This document shows positions 6,669 to 16,230 of a DNA stretch of 64,000 nucleotides, piece after piece. This DNA comes from a virus (taxonomy: Duplodnaviria > Caudoviricetes), in the IMG/VR virus record IMGVR_UViG_3300013800_000007, positions 5,124-69,123 of that record; one strand, written 5' to 3'. Every line of letters begins with the position of its first letter. The first letter of the stretch is position 1. The notes beneath the pieces are model-generated. The model was not told where the DNA came from. It made no database searches and saw only the letters and a program-made list of their open reading frames with translations. A program made the translations under genes and the position numbers.

Positions 6669-9286
6669 TGTCGAATCAGAAGTCGGTCTGGACACCGCAA
6701 CCGATTCAAGCGGCATATGTACACTGTCCAATTTCCGAAATATTTTTCGGTGGCGCTCGGGGTGGGGGAAAGCTTCAACCGAAGGATTCCGCGGTGCTAA
6801 CGCCGACCGGTTGGAAGGCGATTGGCGATTTGCGTGTTGGCTCTAAACTCTGCGCTGTTGATGGAACGGTTTGTGAAGTCATAGGCTTATACCCGCAGGG
6901 CATTGTTGACATCTATCGCGTCACCCTGAGCGATGGTGGATCATGCGAGGCAGGCCTTGAACATCGTTGGCTTGCTTGGGAAGCCAATAAGTCGAGAAAG
7001 AAGGGCGGTGCACGAACATCTGGCTCATCCTCGGCGCGAGTCTACACGACGGCCGACATTTTGAAGCGCATGAATCGCAAGGCTGGGAAGACCTGTCGAT
7101 TTGCTATTCCGACGAACGCTCCGGTGAGCCTCAATGTGGCTGGAGGAAAGCGCCCAAGGTCAGTTGATCCTTACTTTCTTGGCCTACTGCTTGGAGATGG
7201 CAGTTTTTCAGGCGAGGCAATCACCGTTACGTCAATGGACAAGGAGATTGGCGACTACCTGTTCCTGATTGCCTCGAATGATTGCGTAAAGAGCGATAGG
7301 GAGGGGAATCAGGCGTCGTCGTATAGGTTCATCGGCGATTTCAGATCTAACCTTGACCGTCAACTAAAAGCGATGAAGCTGCGCGGTCTTCACTCCGAAG
7401 ACAAGTTTATTCCCAGAGAATACCTTTGGGGCCCAGTAGACGTTCGCCGGGCGTTATTGCAGGGCTTGATGGATACGGACGGGTGGGTCGAAAGCAAACG
7501 CGCCGCCTATTACTGCACTACATCAAAGAAGCTGTGCGATGATGTTGTGTTTTTGGCTCGCTCCATGGGGTGCGTAACTAACGTCTCGAACAAGCTTCCA
7601 ACCTACACGTATAAGGGAGAAAAGCGTGAAGGCATGCCAGCCTTCACGATCAGAATTAAATCCCCCGAGCCTGAGACTCTTTTTAGGCTTAGCCGAAAAC
7701 GTTCGGTGGCTCGCGGAATTGAGCATCAAACTGATGGTAGATGGATCGAAAAGATTGAATTTTCTCGCAAGGCCGACTCGGTGTGTATTGCGGTTAGCCA
7801 CCCATCGTCATTGTATATTACGGATGATTTTATAGTTACTCACAACACCGACGGGTCGCTTGGGAGAGCTCTGATACGAGCCCTCCAGTACAAAGAGCAC
7901 TTCAAGGCCTATTTCGTTCGCCGGGAGCTGGTCCAGCTTGAGCCGGCGATTGCCCGTTCCAAGGAGATATTCTCTCCGTTTGGGACCTATCTGGACCACA
8001 AAAAGACCTGGATTTTCAGGGATGGCGGCGTCCTATCCTTCCGGTACATCGAGCGCGATTCAGACGCTGAAAAGTTCCAAGGTGCCTCAGCAACGGACCT
8101 TTACATCGAGGAAATCGGCAACTTCCCCGACCTGGATCCGCTCCTCAAGCTCAAGGGCATCTTGCGATCGACGGCCGGCGTGCCCACTTGTTGGTGTGCG
8201 ACCGGTAACCCCGGCGGCCCCGCCCACACCTTGGTCAAACGCCGCTGGATAGACCCGGCGCCGAACGGTTTTGAGGTCATTCGGGAGACCGACCCCCTTA
8301 CCGGCCTGTCCAACGAGCGGATCTACATTCCCTCGCGGGTCACGGACAACATGCTTCTGATGAAGAATGATCCGGGCTATATCGCCCGGCTTGCGCAGAC
8401 GGGCTCAGAGGCTCTAGTTCGCGCCTGGCTATCCGGTTCATTCGACATCATCGACGGCGCTTTCTTTTCCAACTTCTCTGTCCAACGCAACGTCCTCCGA
8501 CCCACCGAACTCCCAGCGCATTGGATGCGGTTCTGCGCCGGCGACTGGGGCTCCTACTTCCCCTTCTACTTCATCTGGTTCGCGCATGCGTCCGAGGATT
8601 GGGTTCACCCCGACGGTCAGTTCATCCCCAAGGGCGCATTGATCGGATTCCGCGAGTGGTACGGCTCTCAAAACCACAACAACAAAGGCCTCAAAATGAC
8701 GGCCGAGGATGTTGGTTTGGAGTTGGGCCGCATCGAAAAGGAAATCTCTCGAGTCGTCAGGCGAAACGATCCGGATGACACGATTGCCTACCGCGTCATG
8801 GATCCGAAGGCATTCTCTCAGGATGGTGGGCCGAGCATCGCGGAGCGGTTTGCTCGAGCAACAGACGGAAAGATCCTATTCAGGCGCGCAGACAACAAGC
8901 GCGTCGGCAAAGACGGCGCAATGGGTGGTTGGGACATGATGCGTCAACGCATCGACGGAGCGGAGTTGCAAGGTGACGGCGTCAAGGTCCCCTCTCTGTA
9001 TTTTTTCGACACTTGCGTGGATGTTATCCGCACAATTCCGGCTCTCCAGCACGATCCGGACAATCCAGAAGATCTTATGGGGTCCGAAGACCACCCGGCC
9101 GACGCCATTCGATACGGCATCATGTCGAGACCGTTTTTCGAGGACGCGCCCAGGAAGCGCCCGACGCCAGAGGAACTCCGCAAATCAATCATGAAGGGCG
9201 ATCTCGCGAACGCGACCCTCATGGAGTTGTTCAACGAAAGAGAGCGCAGCATGAAAGGCTCGCGCTCCAGGAATTGGAGAGTATAA
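6668..9286 (+). CDS. terL: terminase large subunit, interrupted by an intein
   Basis: Walker A GGARGGGK|T split by the insert; Walker B LYIEE; ATGNPGG coupling motif; C-terminal RNase H-like nuclease (GDWG...EDHPADAIRY). Confidence 0.95.
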   Translation: MSNQKSVWTPQPIQAAYVHCPISEIFFGGARGGGKLQPKDSAVLTPTGWKAIGDLRVGSKLCAVDGTVCEVIGLYPQGIVDIYRVTLSDGGSCEAGLEHRWLAWEANKSRKKGGARTSGSSSARVYTTADILKRMNRKAGKTCRFAIPTNAPVSLNVAGGKRPRSVDPYFLGLLLGDGSFSGEAITVTSMDKEIGDYLFLIASNDCVKSDREGNQASSYRFIGDFRSNLDRQLKAMKLRGLHSEDKFIPREYLWGPVDVRRALLQGLMDTDGWVESKRAAYYCTTSKKLCDDVVFLARSMGCVTNVSNKLPTYTYKGEKREGMPAFTIRIKSPEPETLFRLSRKRSVARGIEHQTDGRWIEKIEFSRKADSVCIAVSHPSSLYITDDFIVTHNTDGSLGRALIRALQYKEHFKAYFVRRELVQLEPAIARSKEIFSPFGTYLDHKKTWIFRDGGVLSFRYIERDSDAEKFQGASATDLYIEEIGNFPDLDPLLKLKGILRSTAGVPTCWCATGNPGGPAHTLVKRRWIDPAPNGFEVIRETDPLTGLSNERIYIPSRVTDNMLLMKNDPGYIARLAQTGSEALVRAWLSGSFDIIDGAFFSNFSVQRNVLRPTELPAHWMRFCAGDWGSYFPFYFIWFAHASEDWVHPDGQFIPKGALIGFREWYGSQNHNNKGLKMTAEDVGLELGRIEKEISRVVRRNDPDDTIAYRVMDPKAFSQDGGPSIAERFARATDGKILFRRADNKRVGKDGAMGGWDMMRQRIDGAELQGDGVKVPSLYFFDTCVDVIRTIPALQHDPDNPEDLMGSEDHPADAIRYGIMSRPFFEDAPRKRPTPEELRKSIMKGDLANATLMELFNERERSMKGSRSRNWRV
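6773..7846 (+). mobile_element. intein (358 aa) with LAGLIDADG homing endonuclease
   Basis: Begins LQPKDSAVLTPTGW and ends FIVTHN, followed by Thr+1; LAGLIDADG motifs LGLLLGDGS and LQGLMDTDG. Confidence 0.93.
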
Positions 9287-11686
9287 ATGGCATCGGTAGC
9301 AGTCGTTGAGAAATCTCAGATCGAGAAGCCGTCCGACCTCGACAAGAAGGGCGACTCCAAGAAGGAAGCGCAATACAAGCGCTGGGTCTCTGAGATCGAC
9401 AAGGCCGAGAAGCACTACGAGAAGTACAACAAGCGCGTCGACAAGATCATCAAGATCTACCGCGCTGAGTCTGACTCGAAAAGCAATGGCCGCAAGTACA
9501 ATGCGCTGTGGTCACTGACCAGCACGCTGCAACCGAACCTGTTCTCCAAGCTTCCGAAGCCGTACATTGAGCGCCGCTACCGCGACAACGATCCGATCGC
9601 TCGCATGGCGAGCCGGATCCTCGAGCGCGCCCTGAGCTACGTCGTCGATTGCGACGACATGTTCGATGCCACCTCCGCCGCGGTTGACGATTACATCCTG
9701 GCGGCCCGCGGCACGATCTGGAACCGCTACTCGCCGGAGTTTGATCTCCGCACGAGCGAGAAAAAGAACTACATCGCCAACGACAACACCGAGATCCCCG
9801 ACGAGGCTGAGATCGGCGAAGACGAGAAGGGCAAGTTCTATCAAGAGAAGTACGAGGCCCTCACAAACGAGGAGCTCGAGACTGACCACATTCAGGTCAA
9901 GTCATTCATCGTGCCGGCCGCATCCAACTGGAAGCAGATTCCTTGGGTTGCCAAAAAGGTTCTGATGACCAGGACCGAGCTCGAGACGCGCTTTGGCAAG
10001 AAGGTCGGCGGCAAGATTCCGCTGTATTTTAAGTCGGATGGCTCGCGCTACAACAAGGATTCAGACCCGCAGGAGATGGATGGGCTGTTCCTGATGGCCG
10101 AGGTATACGAGGTCTGGGTCAAGGAAAGCCGCAAGGTCGTCTGGATCTGCCGTGACCACCCGGAAATCATCGACGAGATCAAGGATCCGCTCGAGCTGCG
10201 CAACTTCTGGCCGACGCCGAAGCCGCTTTTCGACACGCTGACGAACAACTCTCTCATCCCGGTGCCTGGCTTCAAATATTATGAAGACATCGCGCAGGAA
10301 CTCGATGATGTGACTTATCGCATCTCGTTGTTGGTTGACACTATTCGTGTGGTCGGTGTCTATGATCAGTCGTTGGGTGACATCATCCAGCGCATCACGT
10401 CGCAGACCGAAGACAACGACATGATCCCTGTCAAGAATTGGCAGGCATTCATGGACGGTGGCGGCCTCAAGGGCGCCATGCAGTTCCTGCCCATCGAGCA
10501 GATCATTGTCGTCCTCGAGAAGCTCTACAAGGCGCGCTCCGAGCTCGTGCGAGAGCTTTACGAGATCACCGGCATCTCGGACATCATCCGCGGATCCACC
10601 AACGCCAACGAAACCGCCACGGCTCAGAAGATCAAGGGCAACTACGCCGGCAAGCGCTTGAAGCGCATGCAGGACAAGGTTGAGCGCTTTGTGCGCGAGG
10701 ATCTCGAAATCAAGGCCGAGATCATCTGCAAGCACTACAGCGAAGAGACAATTATGCGGATCTCGAATGCGGAGGAGATCTGCGTCGGGCCGGATGGTCA
10801 GTTCAGCCCTGAGATGTTCCAGCAGGCTGTCGGTCTCCTCAAGGATAACCTCCTCCGCCACTTCCGCATCAAGATCGACACGCGGAACCTCGCCGACGAG
10901 GAGATCTCGGCCGACCGCGAGCAAGGCACGATGTTCATTCAGTCTCTGACGGGGCTGATGTCACAGGTCATGCCGGTCGCACAGACGATGCCGCAGCTCG
11001 CCAAGGTGGTCAAAGAGGTCATCATGTTTGGCGTGCGGATGTATCCGGTCGCGCGGTCGGTGGAGGCCTCTCTCGAGCAGGCCCTCGACGAGCTCTCCAA
11101 GAACGTGCCGCCGCCGGAACAGAAAAGCGCTGGGAAGGCCGGGCCGTCTCCTGAGGAACTCGAGCTCAAGCGTGACGAGCTTCGGATCCGCCGCGAGGAG
11201 CTTGGACTCGAGCGGTCCAAGTTCGCCTTGGATTCCTGGCTCAAGAAAAAAGATGTGGCGCTGCGGGAAATGCAGCTGGCCAACGACAACGAGGCCAAGA
11301 AGCTCAACGAGCGGCGCCAGGCAGCGGCCAAGAAGGGTGATCTTGAAGCGAAGCACCTCGAGATCGAACAGAAGGACCGCCACAAGCAGATCGATGTGGA
11401 GCTCGAGCGCGAGCAGGCCCAGATCGAGGCTGCGCAGGCCGAGGCAGACCGGCAGGACGAAGCGCGGCGCGCCGCGGAGGACCGGGCGCACGAGGCTCAG
11501 CAGGCCGATGTCGACCGCGAGCGCGAAGACAAGCGCGACGTTGCGAAGCATACCCTTGAAGTCGAGAAAGCCGGCGTTTCCGCAGCGGAAGCAAGAATGA
11601 AACGCGAAGACAATAGAAGCCAACACAAAGACAAAATGAAAGCCCAGTCCGAATCCGCCAAACTAAAGCAAAAGGATTCAAAATGA
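9287..11686 (+). CDS. portal protein (P22-like) with long C-terminal coiled coil
   Basis: Follows TerL; 799 aa; N-terminal WxxEI, NxLWS...L.P motifs; charged helical tail. Confidence 0.88.
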   Translation: MASVAVVEKSQIEKPSDLDKKGDSKKEAQYKRWVSEIDKAEKHYEKYNKRVDKIIKIYRAESDSKSNGRKYNALWSLTSTLQPNLFSKLPKPYIERRYRDNDPIARMASRILERALSYVVDCDDMFDATSAAVDDYILAARGTIWNRYSPEFDLRTSEKKNYIANDNTEIPDEAEIGEDEKGKFYQEKYEALTNEELETDHIQVKSFIVPAASNWKQIPWVAKKVLMTRTELETRFGKKVGGKIPLYFKSDGSRYNKDSDPQEMDGLFLMAEVYEVWVKESRKVVWICRDHPEIIDEIKDPLELRNFWPTPKPLFDTLTNNSLIPVPGFKYYEDIAQELDDVTYRISLLVDTIRVVGVYDQSLGDIIQRITSQTEDNDMIPVKNWQAFMDGGGLKGAMQFLPIEQIIVVLEKLYKARSELVRELYEITGISDIIRGSTNANETATAQKIKGNYAGKRLKRMQDKVERFVREDLEIKAEIICKHYSEETIMRISNAEEICVGPDGQFSPEMFQQAVGLLKDNLLRHFRIKIDTRNLADEEISADREQGTMFIQSLTGLMSQVMPVAQTMPQLAKVVKEVIMFGVRMYPVARSVEASLEQALDELSKNVPPPEQKSAGKAGPSPEELELKRDELRIRREELGLERSKFALDSWLKKKDVALREMQLANDNEAKKLNERRQAAAKKGDLEAKHLEIEQKDRHKQIDVELEREQAQIEAAQAEADRQDEARRAAEDRAHEAQQADVDREREDKRDVAKHTLEVEKAGVSAAEARMKREDNRSQHKDKMKAQSESAKLKQKDSK

Positions 11687-12315
11687 TTGGGGATATCCAG
11701 GAGTCTCGAAGGGTCAGGTTTGACGTTTGCTCGCACCGCAGATCATACAATGCGTTGTACTATCAGCGTAATAAGGAAAAAATAAAAGCAAGATCGGCAG
11801 CGTGGGCTGCGAAGAACCCGGACAAGACCAAGGAAAGCAACGCAAAATCATACAACAGAAGGAGATCGACACTTAGGGATAGGGCCCTCGGAATTCTAAA
11901 CGGGGCGAAAAAGAGGGCTCGCAGCAAGAATCTGCCGTTCGATCTCGATCTTGAGTTTGTTGAGGCTTTGATGGCACCAATGGTATGTGCCATTACTGGT
12001 CTGCCGCTTATTTTTATTGCGCGCGGGAAGCACAAAAAGGCGCCATCGATTGACCAGATTGTCGCAGGTGGCGGGTACACAAAGGACAATGTTCAGATCG
12101 TTAGCTTTGACGTGAATATAGCGAAATCTGACATGTCTCTGTTTGAATTCCATGAAATGTGCAAAGCGGTATGCGCAAATCTTGACCAATCTGGACGTGC
12201 TCACCATGTAGGGCTCAGGCGAATTGACCGGGATGACGGCGCAGCGCGTCACCAGGATGAGATGAAGTTGCGCAAGGCCGAAACCAAGGCTGCCGCCTCA
12301 AGTAAGAAAAAATGA
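11683..12315 (+). CDS. HNH-like homing endonuclease (PSIDR..GY..N family)
   Basis: AKKRAR..NLPFDL..CAITGL..APSIDQIVAGGGYTKDNVQIV; AT-richer than its flanks. Confidence 0.8.
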   Translation: MIGDIQESRRVRFDVCSHRRSYNALYYQRNKEKIKARSAAWAAKNPDKTKESNAKSYNRRRSTLRDRALGILNGAKKRARSKNLPFDLDLEFVEALMAPMVCAITGLPLIFIARGKHKKAPSIDQIVAGGGYTKDNVQIVSFDVNIAKSDMSLFEFHEMCKAVCANLDQSGRAHHVGLRRIDRDDGAARHQDEMKLRKAETKAAASSKKK

Positions 12316-12446
12316 GCACTGACAAGGGTTTAGGCCAGGCCTACCCTGGCCACCCCCAACAATCAAGCACGTACGCGGGCACCTTGCGCCAGGGAATGGT
12401 TCGGGGAGTCCGCTACAGTGCATTCCATCGACAGGGCGACAGGATA

Positions 12447-12794
12447 ATGAGCGACGTTGGCGATAACAGGATCGACCGACTATGGACGGAGCATAAGCTG
12501 CTCGCTCAGGCGGTTGACAACCAGGGTAGAGCTCTCGCCGACATCGACACGAACGTCAAGAAACTGACGGATCTGATGTCGTCACTCCCAAAGAACCAAT
12601 CGTACGACTATTTTCTAAAAGTGGCCGGCGGAACAGCGTCTCTCGTGATGGCGCTGATGATCGGCCTGAATGTCTGGCTGAACACGTCCGTGGCGCCCGA
12701 CCGGCAGACCCTGAACAGAATCGAGAAGGAGGCGGCAGACATTGCCGTGCTTCGATATCGGCTGACACAGCTCGAGGGTAAGCAATTCAAATGA
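12447..12794 (+). CDS. hypothetical membrane protein
   Basis: AGGA RBS at the internal ATG; one TM segment (VAGGTASLVMALMIGLNVWL). Confidence 0.6.
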   Translation: MSDVGDNRIDRLWTEHKLLAQAVDNQGRALADIDTNVKKLTDLMSSLPKNQSYDYFLKVAGGTASLVMALMIGLNVWLNTSVAPDRQTLNRIEKEAADIAVLRYRLTQLEGKQFK

Positions 12795-12865
12795 GAGCTC
12801 GAGATTTTCTCCTATTGGTTTTCATCGCCACCTTTGTAACCAACATCGCAACGTAAGAGGGACGA

Positions 12866-13390
12866 ATGTCTATTCGTGGTTCATGGGTATTCCGCAACGG
12901 GAAACTCATTCCAAAGCATGAGGCGGCACGCCTCGACTACGGCAAGGTCGCACACGCCATCAGCGGACTCTCCGCACCGGCCATCCGATCAGACAAAATC
13001 GAGAAGCCGTTTGTTTCGCACATCGACGGCAAGACGGTATTCGACAGCAAGTCGAAATGGGAACGCCACGTTCGCGAAAACGGCTGCATCATCGTCGGAG
13101 ACAATGTCGAGGGGCTCAAGGTTGGCCCGACGGATGAGGACATCCGCGCGCACCGCAAGCAGGTTCAGGCAGACGTCGTCGAGGCCATTCAGAAGATTGA
13201 GCAGGGCTACCAGGCTCCGCCGCTCGAGCAGGCCGACGAAGTTGACGTTTCGGCTGCGCGCCGCGCTGCCGCTGAGGGTTACGTTCGGGAGCTTCCGGCC
13301 TCGGACAGCAAGTTGATCCAGGGTGAACCTGAAAAGTTGCCCTCGCTCAAGAAGAAATCCGCCACACGCAAGGGTAAGAGGGTGCATTGA
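12866..13390 (+). CDS. hypothetical head-module protein
   Basis: GAGG RBS; lies between portal and scaffold. Confidence 0.75.
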   Translation: MSIRGSWVFRNGKLIPKHEAARLDYGKVAHAISGLSAPAIRSDKIEKPFVSHIDGKTVFDSKSKWERHVRENGCIIVGDNVEGLKVGPTDEDIRAHRKQVQADVVEAIQKIEQGYQAPPLEQADEVDVSAARRAAAEGYVRELPASDSKLIQGEPEKLPSLKKKSATRKGKRVH

Positions 13391-14595
13391 TGATTATCGA
13401 CAAGGAAGACGACGACCACAAGGACGACGAAGTATCGCTGCGCGACAGCATTGTTTCAGCGTTTGACGCTGATGACGATGAGTCACCGAAAGGTGCGCCG
13501 CCGGCCGCCAAACCGGACAAGGAAGCGGACAAAGCCGCGCCCGTAGATCCCGCGGCAAAGGCCGACGAGAAGGGTGAAAAGCCTGCCACCGAGGCGGACA
13601 AAGCTCCGGCGGACGGCGCCGGCAAGAAGGTCGTCACCTTCAAGGATCCGCCGAGCCGGTGGACCAAGGAGATGAAAGAGACATGGGCGAAGGCCTTCAC
13701 CGGCCTCGACCCGAACGATGAGAAGCATAAGCGCATCGGCGAGCTGCGCGACATGCTGCACGAGCGCTGGTCGGAGAGTGAGAAGTACGTCACACAGCGC
13801 ACCCAGGAGCTATCTGAGAAGCTCAAGACCTGGGAAGGCGTCGACAAGCTGATCCAGCCGCACATGCCGGCTATCCAGGCGAGTGGCATCACCGTCGAGA
13901 AGGCGATCGGCGACCTCCTGAATATGAACACTTTCGCGACCCAGCGCCCGCTGGACTTCGTGAAGTGGTTCGCCGACATGCGCAAGATCCCCAAAGAGCA
14001 GATCGCTCAGGCGCTGGGCATCACAGCTGCGCAGCAGGCTCCCGCCGGTGGCGCAGAGGACGAAGATGATCCGCTTGGAATCATCCCGAAGCGCTACAAG
14101 GAAGCGTTTGCGGCCATGCCGGCGCTGATCAGCAAGATCCAGCAGCTCGAGCAGGGCATTGGCCAGACAAGCCAGACCTTGACGCACTTCACGACGCAGC
14201 AGACTCAGGCGCAGCAGCAGGAAGCCGTCAACCATATCAGCAACTGGTCAGCCGAAAAGGATTCGGCCGGGAACCTGAAACGGCCGCACTACGACACGGT
14301 TCGCAACGACATGGTCTTTTTGCTCGAGTCGAAGCGAGCCAAGACGCTCGACGAGGCATACGACCAGGCCGTTTGGATGAACCCTGAGACGCGGCGGCTC
14401 GAGGCTGAAACGGCCGAGGCGCGGCGGATCGCCGAGATGGAAAATGCGGCCCGCGAGCGAGCCAACCGCGCTCGTGGCGCGGCAATCAGCGTCGGTGGAC
14501 GTCCATCCAGCAGCGGCGGGGGTGCGCCCTCAAAGCCGGCCGGCGAGGACATCAGGTCTGCGCTGCTACATGCTTGGGATGGCTCTCCAGACTAA
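13387..14595 (+). CDS. capsid scaffolding protein
   Basis: Acidic/Ala/Pro-rich N-terminus, helical core, EAYDQAVWMNP motif; directly upstream of the capsid gene. Confidence 0.8.
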   Translation: MMIIDKEDDDHKDDEVSLRDSIVSAFDADDDESPKGAPPAAKPDKEADKAAPVDPAAKADEKGEKPATEADKAPADGAGKKVVTFKDPPSRWTKEMKETWAKAFTGLDPNDEKHKRIGELRDMLHERWSESEKYVTQRTQELSEKLKTWEGVDKLIQPHMPAIQASGITVEKAIGDLLNMNTFATQRPLDFVKWFADMRKIPKEQIAQALGITAAQQAPAGGAEDEDDPLGIIPKRYKEAFAAMPALISKIQQLEQGIGQTSQTLTHFTTQQTQAQQQEAVNHISNWSAEKDSAGNLKRPHYDTVRNDMVFLLESKRAKTLDEAYDQAVWMNPETRRLEAETAEARRIAEMENAARERANRARGAAISVGGRPSSSGGGAPSKPAGEDIRSALLHAWDGSPD

Positions 14596-14866
14596 GGCGC
14601 CAGATCGACGAGTTGACCATAGCTGAGACGCCGTCCTTACTCAGAACCATGTAGTGCATGCCCCAGGACCCGTTCAGGTAGCCGCGAGACATCAAGCTTC
14701 TCGCGGTTCTATACCAGTGCCTTTCGCTCTTTCCCTCCCAGTTTGGGGGTAGTTTCCACAGATTCAGGCCGAATTTGGCGTCCCTGATGGCGATCATGAG
14801 CTTTTGCTCGTCAGGGTCGCTCACACGGAGAGGTCCGGGAGCATAAATGTAACCCAACAGTTCCAT
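14552..14866 (-). CDS. hypothetical protein, antisense insertion (moron-like) in the head operon
   Basis: AAAGGAGG RBS before ATG 14866; opposite strand to both neighbours. Confidence 0.65.
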   Translation of the reverse strand: MELLGYIYAPGPLRVSDPDEQKLMIAIRDAKFGLNLWKLPPNWEGKSERHWYRTARSLMSRGYLNGSWGMHYMVLSKDGVSAMVNSSIWRLSLESHPKHVAAQT

Positions 14867-14928
14867 TTTCCACCTCCTTTCGATTTCGCAATAGCGAGCA
14901 CGATTCGAGACTGCTGTCAACATTGATC

Positions 14929-14957
14929 TTGACAGTTCACCATATGTGCCCTACATT
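14929..14957 (+). promoter_or_regulatory. sigma70-type promoter for the capsid gene
   Basis: TTGACA-17 bp-TACATT. Confidence 0.7.
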
Positions 14958-15138
14958 CAACCGGACTCCCTCGAGTTGCATACGCTAACGAGGTTCTTGT
15001 CGATCTGCGCCCAGCCAGCCCTTCTGGCCTCCTCCGCTCCGTCCGGCCTCGAGCCCGACCCTGAGCGTCGAGCGTTTTGAATCTGCCACGGCCCGATCTC
15101 CGGTTCCCCCTTCAACGGCCAACCAGGAGTCACCCCCT

Positions 15139-16158
15139 ATGGCCTCGCCCAACCTTAATGAAATCCTGACGACCACGCTGCGCAACCGCGCCGGCAAGGT
15201 CCGCGACACCATCGAAGTTCACGACCCGCTGATGAAGCGCTTGAAGGCGAAGGGTCGCATCCGTCCGATCTCCGGCGGTCGATCGATCGTCACTGAGCTC
15301 GAGTACGCCGAGAACGAGTCGTACCACCGGTACGCTGGCTATGAGCAGCTGAACATCACGCCGCAGGAAGTCTTCACGGCGGCCGAGTACGGCTGGCGTC
15401 TGGCTGCCTACTCGGTGTCCATCAGCGGCCAAGAGCGCCTGATGAACTCCGGCAAGGAAGCGCTTGTTGACCTCCTCGAGGGCCGCATCGCCAACGCCGA
15501 GCGTTCTGCCAAGAACAACTTCCTCCGCGACGTCTGGTCTGACGGCACCGCTTCCGGCGGCAAGCAGATCGGCGGCCTCCAGCACCTCATCTCGAGCGCT
15601 GGCACCGGCACCGTCGGCGGCATCGACTCGAGCACCTGGGCCTTCTGGCGCAACCAGGTTCTGTCGTTCGCGACCGAATCCCTGACCGTCACCAACGCCG
15701 CTCACCTCCTGACGCTCATGAACAAGATGTGGGTCCGCCTCGTCATCAACGAGGAAAAGCCCGATCTGATCATGGCGTCGAACGACCTGTGGCTCCTCTA
15801 CCTGTCGAGCCTCCAGGGCATTCAGCGCATCACCTCGGACTCCACGGGCCAGGCCGGCTACGCGAACCTCAAGTTCATGTCGGCCGACGTCGTCCTCTCG
15901 CAGGGCCAGTCGGTCTCCACGACCATGGCAGCCCCTGCAGTCGGCACGTACGGCACGCCGGGCAACGGCGCTCCGTCGACCCGCATGGACTTCATCAACA
16001 CGGACACCCTCGAGCTCCGGCCGCACCGGAACCGCAACTGGGATCCGATCGGTGAAGACCGCGCGCCGCTGTCGCAGGACGCCATCGTGAAGCTCGTCGG
16101 CTGGATGGGCAACATGGTCGCCAACCGTCGTCACCTCAACGGTGTGATCGTCGCGTGA
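15139..16158 (+). CDS. major capsid protein
   Basis: 339 aa after the scaffold; strongest codon bias in the window; HK97-fold coat-like motifs (GGxxIxxxLEYAEN...FTAAEY...SISG.E.L.N.G). Confidence 0.9.
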   Translation: MASPNLNEILTTTLRNRAGKVRDTIEVHDPLMKRLKAKGRIRPISGGRSIVTELEYAENESYHRYAGYEQLNITPQEVFTAAEYGWRLAAYSVSISGQERLMNSGKEALVDLLEGRIANAERSAKNNFLRDVWSDGTASGGKQIGGLQHLISSAGTGTVGGIDSSTWAFWRNQVLSFATESLTVTNAAHLLTLMNKMWVRLVINEEKPDLIMASNDLWLLYLSSLQGIQRITSDSTGQAGYANLKFMSADVVLSQGQSVSTTMAAPAVGTYGTPGNGAPSTRMDFINTDTLELRPHRNRNWDPIGEDRAPLSQDAIVKLVGWMGNMVANRRHLNGVIVA

Positions 16159-16164
16159 TGATGC

Positions 16165-16190
16165 TGGTGGGGGCCGAAAGGTCTCCACCA
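16165..16190 (+). other. RNA hairpin after the capsid gene (stabiliser or weak terminator)
   Basis: TGGTGGGGGCC-GAAA-GGTCTCCACCA, no U-tract. Confidence 0.55.
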
Positions 16191-16230
16191 CTCTCCGCCG
16201 ACCAACCCACTCTCCACAGGAGCTAATCAC

